DNA of 52,261 nucleotides from Nemertoderma westbladi (lineage: Eukaryota; Animalia; Xenacoelomorpha), in the NCBI GenBank assembly GCA_032718475.1, contig JAUCBJ010003908.1:1-52261 (forward strand). The letters are read 5' to 3'. Positions 48,850-52,261 of the stretch are shown here, in pieces (position 1 is the stretch's first letter; each line of letters starts with the position of its first letter). The position numbers and the translations under genes were made by a program. Under the pieces are notes generated by a model. It made no database searches. It worked only from the letters and a program-made list of their open reading frames with translations, and was not told the origin of the DNA.

Positions 48850-51558
48850 CTGAAACGCTTAGAAGCTGTCACTCTGAAATCGCAGGCTGCAATCAGACGA
48901 GCAAGTGGAAGAGCACAGCGATCATTACCATCAAACAAGGAAATGCGTAGAATAGTCATCGAGCATTTGTACAGTAAGCACGTTATACCATGTTCTTCTA
49001 AGGCAAGTGGTGAAGATCGGCCCATTCGACATCATAACTGTTTGTCACTAGATACCAAGAGAAATGTGGAAATGTTTTATTGCCTTGACGAGATTAGCTC
49101 GGTCTCACCAGGCCGGAAAGACTTTAAAATTTTGTGCTTTGCCGGAAAGAATAAGGTTGTCAAGCAGAAAAGGTACTTACGGTATACATTACACGAAACA
49201 TATTCGTTATTTAAACAAGACTACCCCGATGCCAGCATCGGAAAGTCAAAGTTTGCTGAGCTACACCCTCCCTATGTTCTGCCATCAAAGGAAACGAAGC
49301 ACAATGTTTGCCTGTGCCTCATTCACGAAAACTTTAAATATAAGGTTAAGTCAATTGCTTCTATGATCTGTAGAGTACCAAGGTATGCAGATACGGATAT
49401 GATCTGCAGTGATAAGGAAGACACCTATAATTGTTGTCATCAACGCTGCGACGATTGTCATAATAAACAACAGTTTGCTGTTAAAAGCGGTATCAATACT
49501 GAGGAAATTATTAGTTACAAGGAATGGTCCACAAAAGGCGGAAAGTTCAGTATGGTTCTGCGAGAAATGCAATTGAAAATGTTAGTAGATACTTTGAATA
49601 GGAAATAAATTTCTGAATTTTTGAATCATGTTTATATTATGAGAAAAACTCATGAAAACTTCATTTCTATAACAACATCTGAGAAGGAAAATACAATGGC
49701 AATGCAATGCGACTTTGCCCAGAACTACACCGCAGCTTATCAAGATGAAGTACAGTCGGCTCATTGGAATCCACCGCAGGTTACAGTATTAACAGCTTAC
49801 TGTTGGTACAAAAAAGAAGCCACCAGCTACGTAATAGTTAGTGACGATAGAACACACGACAGGTATTGTGTGTATGCTTTTATAAGTATAATTCTTGATT
49901 TAGAAATACAGAAGAATCCCCTAGTTAAAAACGTGCAAATGTTTTCGGATGGGGCATCTTCTCAATTCAAAAACAGATTCAACATTGCCAACATCTGTAG
50001 GCAGCGCGAAGATCATGACTTGGATTCCTTTGTTTGGAATTATTTTGCATCATATCACGGGAAGGGGGCTGTGGATGGTATCGGGGCCACTGTTAAACGT
50101 TACGCTTGGAATAAAGTCAAGACTCGCCAGAGTACCATTAAGTCTGCCTCCGATTTTGTCAATGCGGTTAACGATGAGATAAAAATTCGGACCATAGAAT
50201 GTAAGAACATAGACAAGACAACAGATAACGAGTTTTATCTGACTTGGATTCCTTTGTTTGGAATTATTTTGCATCATATCACGGGAAGGGGGCTGTGGAT
50301 GGTATCGGGGCCACTGTTAAACGTTACGCCTGGAATAAAGTCAAGACTCGCCAGAGTACCATTAAGTCTGCCTCCGATTTTGTCAATGCGGTTAACGATG
50401 AGATAAAAATTCGGACCATAGAATGTAAGAACATAGACAAGACAACAGATAACGAGTTTTATCTGAAGTTGAACACAATAAAGGGTACTCGTTCTTTTCA
50501 CTATGTTGAATGCAACCGAAATCTGCCAAGTAATATTGTCTGTAAACGATTCCCTCAATCGGCCAAAGGTCGCGATTTTGTCATCACCGCACTGGAAGAA
50601 GGAAATCTGGCAACCGATGGCTCGCCCGAGATAGAAACGATCAATATAGTGGTGGAGCCCCCATGCGGCAGTCCGTCGGAGAGTAGTGGAGAAAGCGACC
50701 ACGAGGAAACGCCATCATTATCAAATGATTTAGATCGATTGTCTGAACTGAATTCTGATGAATCTAGCGATGATCCGGGAAGATCTTTAAATAAAGGTGA
50801 CTGGCTCTTACTATCTGTGCCTTATGATAATAACTCAAGTGTCTCAAAGAACTATGTGGGACACATCGTTGAAGTCTCGGACTCAGAGGTCTATGTGGAA
50901 TATAAGAAGAGAATTCTATCTAGTCACAAACTATCAGACACGATCTGTGTTGTTTCGTGCGATCCAAGAGAATATGGATCTCATCTGTTTGATACAATTA
51001 TGAGAAAACTACCTCCACCAATGACTGCAGGAGGGACAGCAAGAATGCGCAGTACTCATTGCTTTGAAGATCTGCCTAGGTTTTAGAATAAAGGGACTTA
51101 TACATAGAACAACTGTAGATAATATCTAAATTTGTAACGTCCGACACCAGTGTCTGTAACGTCCGACACCATTCCTCATCGCTTACATTGTAGTTTACAT
51201 TGTTTGTGGTTCCCATTTGAAGTAGCAGACCCCACAATCTTAAAAAAAGAAGGTTTGTTTTTGTTTCCAGCGGCACATCGCCTTTATAGCTCCAATCGGC
51301 ATCATTTGAGAAGCAATATAAAAATCTAGCAAAAAATTGTGTCCTTTTTGGGTAACGTCCGACACCTTTTTTTGAAATCCAAATGCTTATACAGGCACGC
51401 AATATTCAGTAGTGACTATATAACAGTCCAAAACTTCGATAAATTTCCTCAATTTCAAATGCTAATACGATCTCTGAAAATTACTTTCTTAAAATATATT
51501 AACTGAAAACATGATCATTTTTAAAAATGTTGTAACGTCCGACACTATGGAATTGCCC
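48850..51558 (+). mobile_element. Sola2-type DNA transposon, 5'-truncated, transposase pseudogene with right terminus
   Basis: CLCLIHEN, CDFAQNY, QDEVQSAHW, SDDRTHD, FSDGASSQFKN, WNYFASYHGKGAVDGIGATVKR, GTRSFH. Stop at 49608. gtaacgtccgacac repeats at ~51133, 51156, 51352, 51532, then ...ggaattgccc|atat. Superfamily assignment is from motif recall. Confidence 0.8.
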
Positions 51559-51931
51559 ATATGTCAATTTTGTAAATTGATTGTTTAAACTTGTTTTTTA
51601 CGCAATTGGGGTTTTTTGGGGTTCTGGTTTCGATGGAATATATACGAGTTGCACCAAGCGTATCAAACTTGTATTTTTCGGTGCTCTGTGCAAATTTTGG
51701 TCCTAGCACGAAATTTTGAAAATCCATTTAATAGATAAATTAAATAAACACTATTCTCCGTGCTTTGGATACAGTTTTAGGAAACTGGACAGAATTGTAA
51801 AAACAAGAAAATATTGTAAGCACAGATGATAGAGCTGATTCAGTTAGTTTATGTTTCACTTGTAGGAGAAACAAAAAAAAATCAACATAACCTTGACCGG
51901 TGGTAAACTGGTTTCTATTGCTTCAGATAAC

Positions 51932-52231
51932 TCAGACATAATTGACAGCATTATCATCATTATCAACAGTGAAATCAACAACATCCATTGAATTGGAGGC
52001 CGAAATGGGCGACAGAGGCGGTGTAGCTTCGATTAGAAGGCCAGATTCTGGAGGCTCAATCACCCCAGTAACAGCATCAGTGTCAATGTCATCCTGCACA
52101 TGAATAATTTCATTTTCATTTACAATCTCTCCGTATATATCAATATCTGGTTCATGGACATAGTCTAATGCGGGTTCATTCTGTATGAGGGATACTCGCC
52201 TCCGTTTCTTTGCATTATTTTGATTCGACAT
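51932..52231 (-). CDS. Possible coding exon, acidic low-complexity with NLS-like KKRRR
   Basis: Acceptor-like tttatttcag shortly before the ATG. No recognisable domain. Confidence 0.3.
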   Translation of the reverse strand: MSNQNNAKKRRRVSLIQNEPALDYVHEPDIDIYGEIVNENEIIHVQDDIDTDAVTGVIEPPESGLLIEATPPLSPISASNSMDVVDFTVDNDDNAVNYV

Positions 52232-52261
52232 ATTTTACTACTGAAATAAAATAAAATTTAT

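Overview
AT-rich, repeat-saturated eukaryotic DNA, most likely an invertebrate heterochromatic or piRNA-cluster-like region, with no conserved housekeeping gene. (1) 1486-10498 is a head-to-tail array of about 4.6 decaying copies of a ~1.95-kb coding unit. The unit can be rebuilt into a ~650-aa intronless ORF resembling the C-terminal third of a bunyavirus-type L polymerase, i.e. a putative tandemly amplified endogenous viral element. It shows a ~5.9-kb higher-order duplication, microhomology deletions and an 881-bp insertion with a 5-bp duplication. (2) A near full-length, mutated BEL/Pao LTR retrotransposon lies on the minus strand (32.1-41.8 kb), followed by an intact 568-aa orphan ORF; a second BEL pol fragment is at 24.0-26.7 kb. 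(3) There are fragments of RTE and CR1/L2 LINEs, two Sola2-type transposases, MITEs, a tRNA-SINE and minisatellites. (4) Two diverged paralogues of an unnamed Cys-rich 'GWVKPG' protein family share an intron position; one can be spliced from an exon 2.7 kb upstream and ends in an RGG tail. Family calls come from motif recall, not database searches.
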